NCBI GenBank assembly: GCA_964580365.1 | Contig: CAZOLL010000001.1 | Span: forward strand, 1-46,226 | Direction of reading: 5' to 3' | Length of the DNA: 46,226 nt | DNA from: an uncultured Phycisphaeraceae bacterium | Lineage (GTDB): Bacteria; Planctomycetota; B15-G4; JADJEK01 | Shown: piece after piece, positions 25,099 to 34,600 of the stretch | Position numbering within the stretch: position 1 is the first letter of the stretch | How the letters are laid out: every line of letters begins with the position of its first letter | The notes under the pieces: generated by a model | What the model was told of the DNA's origin: nothing | The model's database searches: none | The model's input: only the letters and a program-made list of their open reading frames with translations | Program-made: the position numbers and the translations under genes

Positions 25099-28000
25099 TG
25101 CCGAGCCAGACGAACTTCAAGCCGTTCGAGATCGGCGGTCTGCGCTACGGGCTGAACACGAAGGACCGGCCCGAGGACCTGCCGCCGGGCGCCGCGCAGC
25201 TCGCGTACAACGCCTGGCACTACCGCTCGCTCCGGCAGATGCCGGGCTTCAACCGCGTGATCAGCAAGCGGCCGTGGCTCGCGAACCTCATGCTGAACGG
25301 CGTGACACAGTACCTCGCGGCGCGGCTGTCGACGCCGAACACGCCGGCGAGCCTGAACCACGCTTCGATGCTCGCGAGCAACATCTTCTCGGCCGACATT
25401 CCGTTCGAGATCCAGGGCTTGCAGGAGAAGCAGACGCTCCTTTGGAAGGGGCAGAGCGGCGGCAGTACGTTCCTCACGCTCGGAAACAACGACGCCTACA
25501 TGCTCGGTCTGCGCTGGAACGCGACGATCGGCGGCTTCGAGCTGGTGTGGACGTGGCGCGATCCCACCGTCACGCAGCGCACGCTCACGTTCAACGCGAC
25601 CGCGCTCCTCCCGAACACGCCGTACTACGTGCGCGTGAGCGGCAACCGCACGACCGGGCAGGTGACGCTCGCGGTGTACACCACCGACGTCGAAACCTCG
25701 ACGGTCACGCTCGTCGGCACCGCGAGCGTGGTGATGGGTGTCGCGACGAATGCGTTCCCGCAGGAGCTCGGGTTCAAGAACTGGCTGTTCGTGGGCGCGA
25801 TGCGAATGGTGTCGCAGACGCGCGAGGTGAACGTCGCGCAGTTCAAGTTCCGCGGCAAGCTGCAAGAGCTGCGCTTCTGGTCGGGCGACATCAGCGCCGC
25901 GCCGAGCACGTACGGCTCGACCGAAATCTCGCACACGACGCCCGGCCTCGAGACGGTGTATCACCTCACCGACGTCGGGCCGACGATCTTCGTCGACTCG
26001 AAGGGCGCGACGCCGAACCTCTTCATTCAGCCGGTCGACGCGACGTGGAACGCTTCGCCGCTCATCGGAACCGGATCGTCGATCGAGCTCCAGGGCAACG
26101 TGCAGTACCTGCGCGTGAACGAGCCGGTGCTCTACCGCAAGCGCGACGTCGACACCGACAGCCGCTACCAGATGCTCGACGCATGGTCGGCGAGCGTGAT
26201 CGTGCGACTGAACGAGGTGCGCGAGTGCGCGATCCTTCACTCGGTCCACGCCTCGCAGAGCCGCGTTGATGCGTACGGCGGAAACGGCGCGTTCTCATTC
26301 TGGTCGGGCGAGGACGCCGCGGCGGCGACGCAGGCGCAGTGGGAGCTGCAAATCGCCGCGAACCCTGGCGGCGTCGACTACCAGTTCCGCGCGATCTTCT
26401 GGGTCTTCGACACCGCATGGCGCCGCTACGCGCTCGTGTCGACGCTGCCGGGCGCCGGCGTCGCGGCGAACACGACGTACGCGATTCTCTTCGGCCGCGA
26501 CAACGTCACCGGCGACCTGAACATGTGGATCAACGGGACGAACTACACGTTCGCCGCGTGGCGCGCGGGTGCGGTGCCGGCCGCGACGGACAACAACCCG
26601 CTCAACTCGTCGCGCCAGTACGGGCTCTTCATCGGCCGCGAGGTCGAGAAGATCATCAAGGCGAACAACAACCCCAACGACCCGGACGACATCGACGTCA
26701 CCTCCGGGTACGACGACCCGGGCCTCGTCGCGGCGAACACGGTCCTGCCGTTCTGCGGGCGCGTCGGGCACGTCGGGCTGTTCTCGGTCGCGCCGAGCCA
26801 GTTCCTGCACAACTACCTGCGCGTGAACCCGCTGACGAAGGCGACCGCGAAGTCGCTCCAGGGGATCTTGCTCTCGGCGTGGCCGATGAGCGCCGGCATC
26901 GGCAGCGTGCTCACCGACTACGGCAACGAGAACAACACGATCTCCTTCCGCGACGACGCCGACCACCTGCGCGGGCGCTCGCTGATCAAGACGCTGTCGC
27001 GCGGGCGCGTGACGTCGATCTTCCAGCACTCGTGGCGCGGCGACTCCGCGGACGAGACGAAACTGCTCGCCGCGCACGCCGGCGGGTGCGACGAGATCGA
27101 CACGACGAACAACAAGCTCGTGAAGTTCGTCGAGGGCTTCCGCAACGACGAGAACCGGCGCCTGTCGGTGGTGAAGTCGCAGGACACGCTCGTGCTGTGC
27201 TCCGGCTCGGGCCCGCTGATGCAACTCGCGAAGGACCAGCTCGTGCGCCTCGGGATGGAGGAGCCGATCGGTCCGTTCGCGTGGGGATTCACGCAGCAGA
27301 ACGAGCGCGCCGCGGTGCTCACCGAGGGCGAGTACGTCTACTACTGGGTCTTCTACAACAGCGTGCTCGACAAGGAGTCGCCACCGTCGAAGCCGATCCA
27401 CGTGCCGGTGCGGTTCAAGAAGACGAACGTGAGCTTCGGCTACGGCATCGAGGCGTTCCAGACCTACCCGTCGGTGCCGGGCACGGGCGCCTTCGGTTGG
27501 AGCAAGGACTCGCAGGCGGAGCCGTGGGATCTCACCGGCAACAACCGGCTGCTCAAGATCGCGGCTTGGGTGCAGCCGAAGGAGAGCGCGCCGGGTGGCG
27601 CGGCGCCGGCGGCGAAGTACAAGACCGCGCGCTTCACGAGCGGGGCCGGCGTGAAGGACAACCTGATCCGCAACGTCGACGACGTGAAGGTCGACGAGGT
27701 GCGCGCGATCGTCGAGGCGGACTGTCCGCGCGTCACGGTCGTCACCGCGCCCGACGGATCGTTCTCGCTCGAGGGCTGCTTCGCCGGCTCGAACGGGAAG
27801 ATCCGGCTGAACAACGACGCGAACACCACGGCGACGGCCGCGATCTTCGGCCTCACGATCAACACGACCTACTCCGGCACCGGCGTGACTAGCGACCTTC
27901 CGCTCCCGCCGTGCGGCGACACGCAGGCGACGCACCTCCGCCTGTACCGCACGCTCGCGAACGACGCCGACGCGCGCCTCGTGCTCGAGCTCCCGCTCGC

Positions 28001-29408
28001 GGCGCAGAACAAGGTCACGGACCGGCTGCCCGACTCGCTGAACATCGACCAAGTGCTCGACCTCGACGTCACGGGTCCGCCGCGCGACTTCCGGCAGATC
28101 ATCGGGCAGTTCGGCCGCCTGCTCCTACTCGACCACAAGACGGCGCCGGCGCGCATGGCGTGGTCGGAGCAGGGCTTCCCGTGGCAGTTCATCCCGAGCG
28201 ACCAGATCGACTTCAACGACGGCCGCATCGGGACGCGGCTGCGCATCACCGGCGCCGCGGCGACCGAGGGGCTCGCGCTGATCACGCGCTCCGACTACTC
28301 GCTCGTGCTCACCGAGCCGCGCAGCTCGCAGGTGCCGTTCATCGTCGACCCGAAGTCGCAGGACACCGGCGGGTCCTCGTTCTTCGGCTTCGTGAACGTG
28401 AACGGCAACCTGATCTACCCGGCCGCGCGCGGCTTCCACCACTTCGACGGCAGCTCGCCGGAGTACATCAGCCAGGTCATTCAGCCGACGTGGCGCGCGA
28501 CGCGAAACCGCGAGCTGATCCACGGCGAGCACTGGCGCGACCAGGAAGCGGCGATGTGGGCGGTGTCGAGCGGCGGCTCGTTCGACACGGACGGCGTCAC
28601 GCCGATCAACGACGGCCTGTTCTCGTTCGCGTACAACGCGGGAACGGACCGGGCCGGCCGGCGCATCGGGTGGGGTGTGTCGACCGGCCTCTACCTGCGC
28701 GCGCTGTACCTGATCCCGAACGCGAGCGACGTCGAAGAGCTTTGGGCGATCGACCCGTTCGGGTTCATCTATAAGTTCAGCGAGAGCGCGTACAGCTACG
28801 GCATCCCCTCGCACACGGTCACGCTCGCGACGACCGGCACGTTCGGCGTCGCGCAGGCGACGATGCAGATCGGGCTCCCGATCAACGCGGACTCCACGAA
28901 CCTGCCGGAGAAGTACCTCGGCTTCGGAGTCACGGTGCAGCGCGCGAGCGACGGCCTCCGCGAGACGCGGCTGATCGTGGCGTGCGCGACCGGCGGCGGC
29001 TTCGACGTGTGCGGGCTCGACCACAACCTCTCGTGGGCGCCGCAAGCCGGCGACACGTGGGAGCTCTGCACCATCGAGTTCGACTGGATCTCCGGCAAGA
29101 TGGCGCTCGCGGGCGAGGCGTTCACGAGCGAGAGCTTCGACCTGCACATCGACCAGACGGTGCAGGCGATCTCGTCGGCGACCGAGCTGCGCTGGCGGTG
29201 GAGCGGCGGCATGACGGTGATCCCGCCGTTCAAGTCGCGGCCGGGCGGCTTCACGAACCAGAAGGGCGACGACAGCTACGCGCTCGAGGGCCGCGGCCGA
29301 CGGCTCGAGCTCGAGCTGCGCGCGCGCGGGATCAACAAGCCGCTCGAGATCGGGTCGATGACGGTGCTGACGAAGCCGCAGCAGGCGGCGAAGAGGCCGG
29401 CGCCGTGA
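25098..29408 (+). CDS. Large (1436 aa) tail/nozzle-like structural protein with possible LamG/ConA-like jelly-roll inserts
   Basis: TGATG-coupled. The call rests on size and position. LRFWSGDISAAPSTYGS-type segments suggest lectin-like domains (weak evidence). Confidence 0.5.
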   Translation: MPSQTNFKPFEIGGLRYGLNTKDRPEDLPPGAAQLAYNAWHYRSLRQMPGFNRVISKRPWLANLMLNGVTQYLAARLSTPNTPASLNHASMLASNIFSADIPFEIQGLQEKQTLLWKGQSGGSTFLTLGNNDAYMLGLRWNATIGGFELVWTWRDPTVTQRTLTFNATALLPNTPYYVRVSGNRTTGQVTLAVYTTDVETSTVTLVGTASVVMGVATNAFPQELGFKNWLFVGAMRMVSQTREVNVAQFKFRGKLQELRFWSGDISAAPSTYGSTEISHTTPGLETVYHLTDVGPTIFVDSKGATPNLFIQPVDATWNASPLIGTGSSIELQGNVQYLRVNEPVLYRKRDVDTDSRYQMLDAWSASVIVRLNEVRECAILHSVHASQSRVDAYGGNGAFSFWSGEDAAAATQAQWELQIAANPGGVDYQFRAIFWVFDTAWRRYALVSTLPGAGVAANTTYAILFGRDNVTGDLNMWINGTNYTFAAWRAGAVPAATDNNPLNSSRQYGLFIGREVEKIIKANNNPNDPDDIDVTSGYDDPGLVAANTVLPFCGRVGHVGLFSVAPSQFLHNYLRVNPLTKATAKSLQGILLSAWPMSAGIGSVLTDYGNENNTISFRDDADHLRGRSLIKTLSRGRVTSIFQHSWRGDSADETKLLAAHAGGCDEIDTTNNKLVKFVEGFRNDENRRLSVVKSQDTLVLCSGSGPLMQLAKDQLVRLGMEEPIGPFAWGFTQQNERAAVLTEGEYVYYWVFYNSVLDKESPPSKPIHVPVRFKKTNVSFGYGIEAFQTYPSVPGTGAFGWSKDSQAEPWDLTGNNRLLKIAAWVQPKESAPGGAAPAAKYKTARFTSGAGVKDNLIRNVDDVKVDEVRAIVEADCPRVTVVTAPDGSFSLEGCFAGSNGKIRLNNDANTTATAAIFGLTINTTYSGTGVTSDLPLPPCGDTQATHLRLYRTLANDADARLVLELPLAAQNKVTDRLPDSLNIDQVLDLDVTGPPRDFRQIIGQFGRLLLLDHKTAPARMAWSEQGFPWQFIPSDQIDFNDGRIGTRLRITGAAATEGLALITRSDYSLVLTEPRSSQVPFIVDPKSQDTGGSSFFGFVNVNGNLIYPAARGFHHFDGSSPEYISQVIQPTWRATRNRELIHGEHWRDQEAAMWAVSSGGSFDTDGVTPINDGLFSFAYNAGTDRAGRRIGWGVSTGLYLRALYLIPNASDVEELWAIDPFGFIYKFSESAYSYGIPSHTVTLATTGTFGVAQATMQIGLPINADSTNLPEKYLGFGVTVQRASDGLRETRLIVACATGGGFDVCGLDHNLSWAPQAGDTWELCTIEFDWISGKMALAGEAFTSESFDLHIDQTVQAISSATELRWRWSGGMTVIPPFKSRPGGFTNQKGDDSYALEGRGRRLELELRARGINKPLEIGSMTVLTKPQQAAKRPAP

Positions 29409-29788
29409 CTCTCCGCGTTCCCAAGTTCGCCGTGCGTCGGTGGGGCGGTCCGAGGCCGGACGGCAGCATCGACAGCAAGGAGCTGCACCGGCACACGGAG
29501 CGATTCGCGACCGAGTTCGAGCGCATCACTGGCGAGATCGCGGATTCGGTTCCGGGCGACAAGCGGGACACCGTCACAGTCGTGTCGCGCGGCCCCGGCA
29601 CGAAGATCCGCGCCGCGCTTCCGAAGAAGATCCTCGAGCGGAAGCCGGACAGCTACATCGTCGTGCACCAGAACGGCGCGGGCGCGGTGTGGCCGGACCA
29701 GAGCTTGACCGACGGCAAGAACGTCGTGCTCAACACCGACGCCGCCGCGGGCGTGAAGTTCCGTCTGCTCGTGTACAGGGAACGGTAG
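29405..29788 (+). CDS. Hypothetical protein
   Basis: GTGA-coupled GTG at 29405. 127 aa. Confidence 0.6.
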   Translation: MTLRVPKFAVRRWGGPRPDGSIDSKELHRHTERFATEFERITGEIADSVPGDKRDTVTVVSRGPGTKIRAALPKKILERKPDSYIVVHQNGAGAVWPDQSLTDGKNVVLNTDAAAGVKFRLLVYRER

Positions 29789-29811
29789 ACTTCCGAGTCG
29801 GAGGCAAGGTC

Positions 29812-30267
29812 GTGGGCGATCATCAACGCGACAACGATTACCCGTTCGACCTGCAAGGTCCGCCGTTCGGCAAGTTCGCGTCGAAGAGTCAGCGGCCGAT
29901 CCAGAAGGACTTTTGGGCGCTCCAGCGGCAGGGCGTCCAGTACGCGCCGCAGTACGCCGTCGCCGGCCGGCAGGAGATGGCGAACGCGCGCGGCATCCGC
30001 AGCCAGATGGGCTCCGCGCTCGGGTGGAACAACGCCACGCCGGCGACGGGCGCCGCGGTCGCGTCGATGCGCGCGGGGATGGACTACCCGGGCATGTACA
30101 CGCAGGCGCAGCAGGCGTTCCAGGGTCAGCGCGCGTCGCTCCGCGACCAGTGGGCCGCGATGCAGCAGCGCAAGCGGAACTGGGACTTGCAGCTCCAACA
30201 GCTCCAGGTGTCGGCGGAGAACATCGCCGCGGCGAACGCGCAGGCGAAGGCGACGGCGGGGCTCTGA
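29812..30267 (+). CDS. Hypothetical internal-virion candidate
   Basis: GGAGG SD before the GTG at 29812. 151 aa, Gln/Ala-rich. Confidence 0.55.
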   Translation: MGDHQRDNDYPFDLQGPPFGKFASKSQRPIQKDFWALQRQGVQYAPQYAVAGRQEMANARGIRSQMGSALGWNNATPATGAAVASMRAGMDYPGMYTQAQQAFQGQRASLRDQWAAMQQRKRNWDLQLQQLQVSAENIAAANAQAKATAGL

Positions 30268-30268
30268 G

Positions 30269-31690
30269 ATGGCAACCGGACTCAAGCACGCGAACAAGCG
30301 GTGGTCGAAGTACTGGAAGGGCGTGAAGCGCCCGGCCAGCGAGACGGTCCGCGACTGGGCGCCGATCGGCCTCGGGGTGCTGAACCTCGGCGCCGGACTG
30401 TACACCAGCTCGAAGAACCGCGAGGCCGACGAGAAGGCGCGGCAGGAGTCGCGCGAGGACCTCGCGAAGTACCGCGGCGACCAGCTCCAACTCCAGCGCG
30501 AGGAACAGGGCTTCCGCGAGAGCGAGGCGCTCAAGGATCACGCGCGCGAGCAGCGGCTCGACTTCCAGCGTCAGCGTGATTCCGACCTCGAGCGCGACTT
30601 CCGCGAGGAGCAGGCGCGGTACGCGCGCGAGGGGACGCCGTGGGAGAGGGAGCGGGCGAAGCAGGAGGCGTTCAAGGACTTCTCCGAGCGCGCGCGGCGC
30701 GACTTCGAGTTCAAGGAGACGATGAACCGCTACGACGAGGATCGTGCGGAACGCGACGAGCGGTACGACGAGGACCGCGCCGAGCGCGAGCGGCACAACA
30801 AGGCGCTCGAGGAGGAGCAGCGCGTCGAGAACGAGATCCGCGCGCAGGAGGCGGAGCAGAAGAAGCGCACCGCCCGCGGCGACGACAAGATCGACGACGC
30901 GGTTCGCGCCGCTCGGCTCGAGCGCGTGAAGGTGCACAACGACTTCGACACGCGCGCGCGCAGGCTCGCCGCGCACTTGAACGCCGCCGAGAAGGCCGGT
31001 TTCATCCGCCGGAACGACGCAGGAGAGCTCGAGGGCACGAACGACCCGATCCCCGGCTACATCGTCAACGACAAGACGCGCGAGGCGGGTACCGGCGCGA
31101 TGCTGGCGAACGAGGCGAAGGCGCTCGAGGCCGATCGCGCGTCGCTGCCGTCGCTCGACGACAACGAGATCCGCCGGCAGGTCGACCCGCGGATCGAGGA
31201 GCACGAGCAGATGCTCCAGCACTACGCCGGCCTCGCGTCGCGCGCCGAGGGATGGGAGCAGCACGACCAGATCGCGCAGGAGGCGATGAGCCGCGGCATC
31301 CATCCCGAGGAGCTGATGCAGGCGTCGCAGCGGCAGATCGACGACGACTACCAGCGGCTCCTCGATCAGCACAAGGCGCAGCAGCAGGCGCCCGCGCCGC
31401 GCGGACCCGCGCAGCCGCAGGCATCGTCCGGCCCCGGTGCGTACGGCCCGTCGGGAAACCTCATGAACTCGATCGGCTCGATCGTCGGCGAGGCGGTCGG
31501 TCGCGCGTGGCAGGCGGGACAGCAGGCGGTCCAGGGCGGGCGGCAGTTCCTCCATGCCGGAATGACCGGAACCCTCGGTGGCGGGCGGCAGCCGGCTCCG
31601 TCCATGCAGATCAACCCGGCCCAGGACTACGGCGGCGCCGGCGTGCGCCCCGAGGAGTACATCTACGGGCCTCCGGCCCCGCGGCGGTGA
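30269..31690 (+). CDS. Highly charged coiled-coil internal-virion candidate
   Basis: 473 aa. N-terminal hydrophobic segment followed by R/E/D-rich helical repeats. Confidence 0.6.
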   Translation: MATGLKHANKRWSKYWKGVKRPASETVRDWAPIGLGVLNLGAGLYTSSKNREADEKARQESREDLAKYRGDQLQLQREEQGFRESEALKDHAREQRLDFQRQRDSDLERDFREEQARYAREGTPWERERAKQEAFKDFSERARRDFEFKETMNRYDEDRAERDERYDEDRAERERHNKALEEEQRVENEIRAQEAEQKKRTARGDDKIDDAVRAARLERVKVHNDFDTRARRLAAHLNAAEKAGFIRRNDAGELEGTNDPIPGYIVNDKTREAGTGAMLANEAKALEADRASLPSLDDNEIRRQVDPRIEEHEQMLQHYAGLASRAEGWEQHDQIAQEAMSRGIHPEELMQASQRQIDDDYQRLLDQHKAQQQAPAPRGPAQPQASSGPGAYGPSGNLMNSIGSIVGEAVGRAWQAGQQAVQGGRQFLHAGMTGTLGGGRQPAPSMQINPAQDYGGAGVRPEEYIYGPPAPRR

Positions 31691-31693
31691 TCC

Positions 31694-34600
31694 GTGCCGG
31701 GCATCGGCGACCAGTGGTACCAGCAGGGGTTGAAGCAGCAGCAGTGGCGCGCGCGACACGGCGACGAGCCGATGCCGCGCCCGTTGGACCCGCAGGCGAT
31801 CGGGCGCGCCGCCGCGCTCGAGGAGATGCGCCGCGAGGTCGAGGGGTGGGACCCGATCAGCCGCTCGCTCCTCGCGGGCTCGACGTCCTTCGCTGAAACC
31901 GCGAGCTTCGGGCTCCTCCCGCGGGAACGCATCTACCGCATGGCCGGCGGCGACCCCGAAATGGCGGCGCTCGCCGGGCAGGCGATCCGCGAGGACGAGG
32001 CGGCGCACCCGTGGACGGCCGGGCTCGCGTCGACGGCGGGCGGGCTGTACGGGATGACGACGGGCGCGGGCCTGATCTCGAAGGGCCTGTCGCGCACGGC
32101 GCTCCCGCTGGTGGGCCGGTACGCGCCGGAAGGCATCGCGAAGGGCCTTGCCGAGCCGATGACGCGGCAGCTCGCGCGCTCGGCGACGTCGTTCAGCGTC
32201 CAGCAGGCGGTGACGCGGGGCGGCGGGCAGATCGCCTACCGCTCGGCGACTGGGCAGCCGCAGGACTACCTCGAGTCCGCCGGAGAGGCGGTCCGCGGGG
32301 GCGCGCGCGGCGCGGTCGAGGGCGCGGTCTTCCCGATCGCGGGACAGGTGGCGCGGAACATCGCCGGCCGGGTGGTGCGGATCAAGCCGGGCATGCAGCC
32401 GACCCGGCTCCAGTCGATCGGGCGGGACGTGATCGGCGAGTCGGCGTTCTTCGCCGGTCTGTCCGCGGCGACCGCCGAACCCGGGCACCGGCTCGAGGCG
32501 GCGGGGCAGGGTGCGATCGCAGGCCCGCTCGCGTCGATCGGTTCGTGGGGCAAGAAGATCCGTGGTGAGGTGCCGCACGAGGGCCTGACGCCCGACGAGG
32601 TCGCCACGCTCGGCCCGCAGGTCGCCGAGGCCGAGGTCGCCGGCCGCGGGCTCCAGGGCGCGAACGACTTCCTGAACTCGACGGCCGCGCTCAAGAAGTA
32701 CGGGCCGGTGACGCCGGCGGCGCGCGCCGCGCTCCAGGCGGACCCGCAGCGGTTCGCCCGGCTCGACCCTTCGATGGACCGGGCGAAGGCGCCGGTGTTC
32801 CGGCCGGAGCGGGTCGCAGCCGCGCCGAACCCGAAGGTGCTCGCGGACGATCCGGTGGTGGGCTCGATCTACCGCGCCGAGACGACGCCGGCGGACTTCC
32901 GCGCGTTCGTGGATCGGCAGATCCCGTCGTTCCTGATGCCCTCCGAGCCGGACACGGTGCTGACGCCGAAGGAGAAGGCGACGCAGGCGGCGTTCGGCGA
33001 GCTCCCGCAGGAGGCGCTCCGCCGCGCCGGCGCCGACGTCATTCAAACGAAGCGCGGCACGATCGCGTTCTGGCCGGACCTCGTGTCCGAGGTGTTCCGC
33101 CACAAGGACAGCTCGAGCCGCGTCTACCTCGAAGGGCTGTTGAAGCGGCCGATCACGGGCAAGACGAAGTTCACGCACGGCGCGCTCGCGATGTCGATGA
33201 CCCGGCTCGCGAACAACGACGCGCTCGGCGAAGTGCTCGGGTACGGCGTCGGCCACGCGACGAAGACCGGAAAGGACGTCGCCATCACCGGCCGCGACGA
33301 GCAGGGGTACGAGGTCCGCACCGTCCTCACGACGCAGGAGAAGAAGCCCGAGGCGATCAAGGGCCTCATGCGCGCGGGGGCGAAGCGGATCGAGGTGCGC
33401 GACCCGACGCAAACGCCGGAGATCATCGGCGAGCGCGTGTCGACGGAGATCACGCCCGAGGGGCCGAAGCTGACCGGCGCGCCGGCGATCCCCGAGACGA
33501 CGACGCGGACCGAGCCCGGCCCGTCGCGAGAACTTCCTGGCAGGTTGATGTCTCGTCGTGCGGAAGATGCGCAGGAGATGCGCCGCCAGGAGCCGATGGC
33601 CGTCGACTCGAAGGGGCGCGTGTTCACGGTCGGGTTCGTCGCCTCCGGCCCGTCGCCCGGGCGCATGATCGAGGAGGTCTTCGGACGCCACGACACGCGC
33701 GAGGCGGCGCTCGCCGAGGTGGAGCGCGAGAACCAGACCAGCGCCACGAAGGCGCCGCTGACGGTGAAGCCCGGCCGCAACCCGCGGGAGTGGCTCACGG
33801 TCCGGCAGATCCCGTTCGGCGAGGTGGGCGGGTTGCACCAGCAAAAGGCGCTCGCGGACCGCGGCATGTGGGAGATCCAAAGTCGCGCCGCCGAGCAGCA
33901 GCAACGCGCGCTCGAGCGCGAGCTCGACCTCGCCCGCGAGCAGCAGCGACGCGCGCTCGAGCGCGAGCAGCAGATGGCGGAGATGCTCCCGCAGCCGGCC
34001 GGGCCGGGGCTTCCCGCGCCGCCGGAAATGAAGGCGCTGCCGCGCCCGAAGGGCGCGCTGATCCAGCACCCCGCGCATTTCATCGCCGGTGAAACCGGAC
34101 CCGCGCAGGTGACTGGGTCGCGGTCCCAGCCGCCCCGCGGCGCTGGCACGTCGCGCCGACGGCCGGCTCCCGAGGTCGCGAAGGCGCTCGGACGGCTCGA
34201 CGAGATCAAGGCGGGGCTGCGCGGCGGCACCATGAAGGCCGCGGACGTCCAGGGCGAGGCCCGGCAGCTCATGGGGCGCATCGACGAGATCGAGCGCGGC
34301 CAGCGGCTCGAGCGCGAGCCGGAGCGCATCGCGAAGCTGACGCACGCCGCGCCCGAGGCGGTGCAGGAGGGCGAGAAGTCGGTCCTGTACCCGAACGAGT
34401 TCGAGCAGGGCGGCGAGCGGTTCGGCGTCACCTACGCGGTCGTGCGCGACAAGGACATCGCCGTCTCGCACGACGACAAGACGCTGGCACGCAACCCGAA
34501 CTACCCGCGCGAGCTCCAGAACCGGAACCGCGAGCAGGACGGCCCGAAGATCGACGTGCAGGTGGCGGGGCTCCGCGAGGACCCCGGCCGCTATGCGCTG

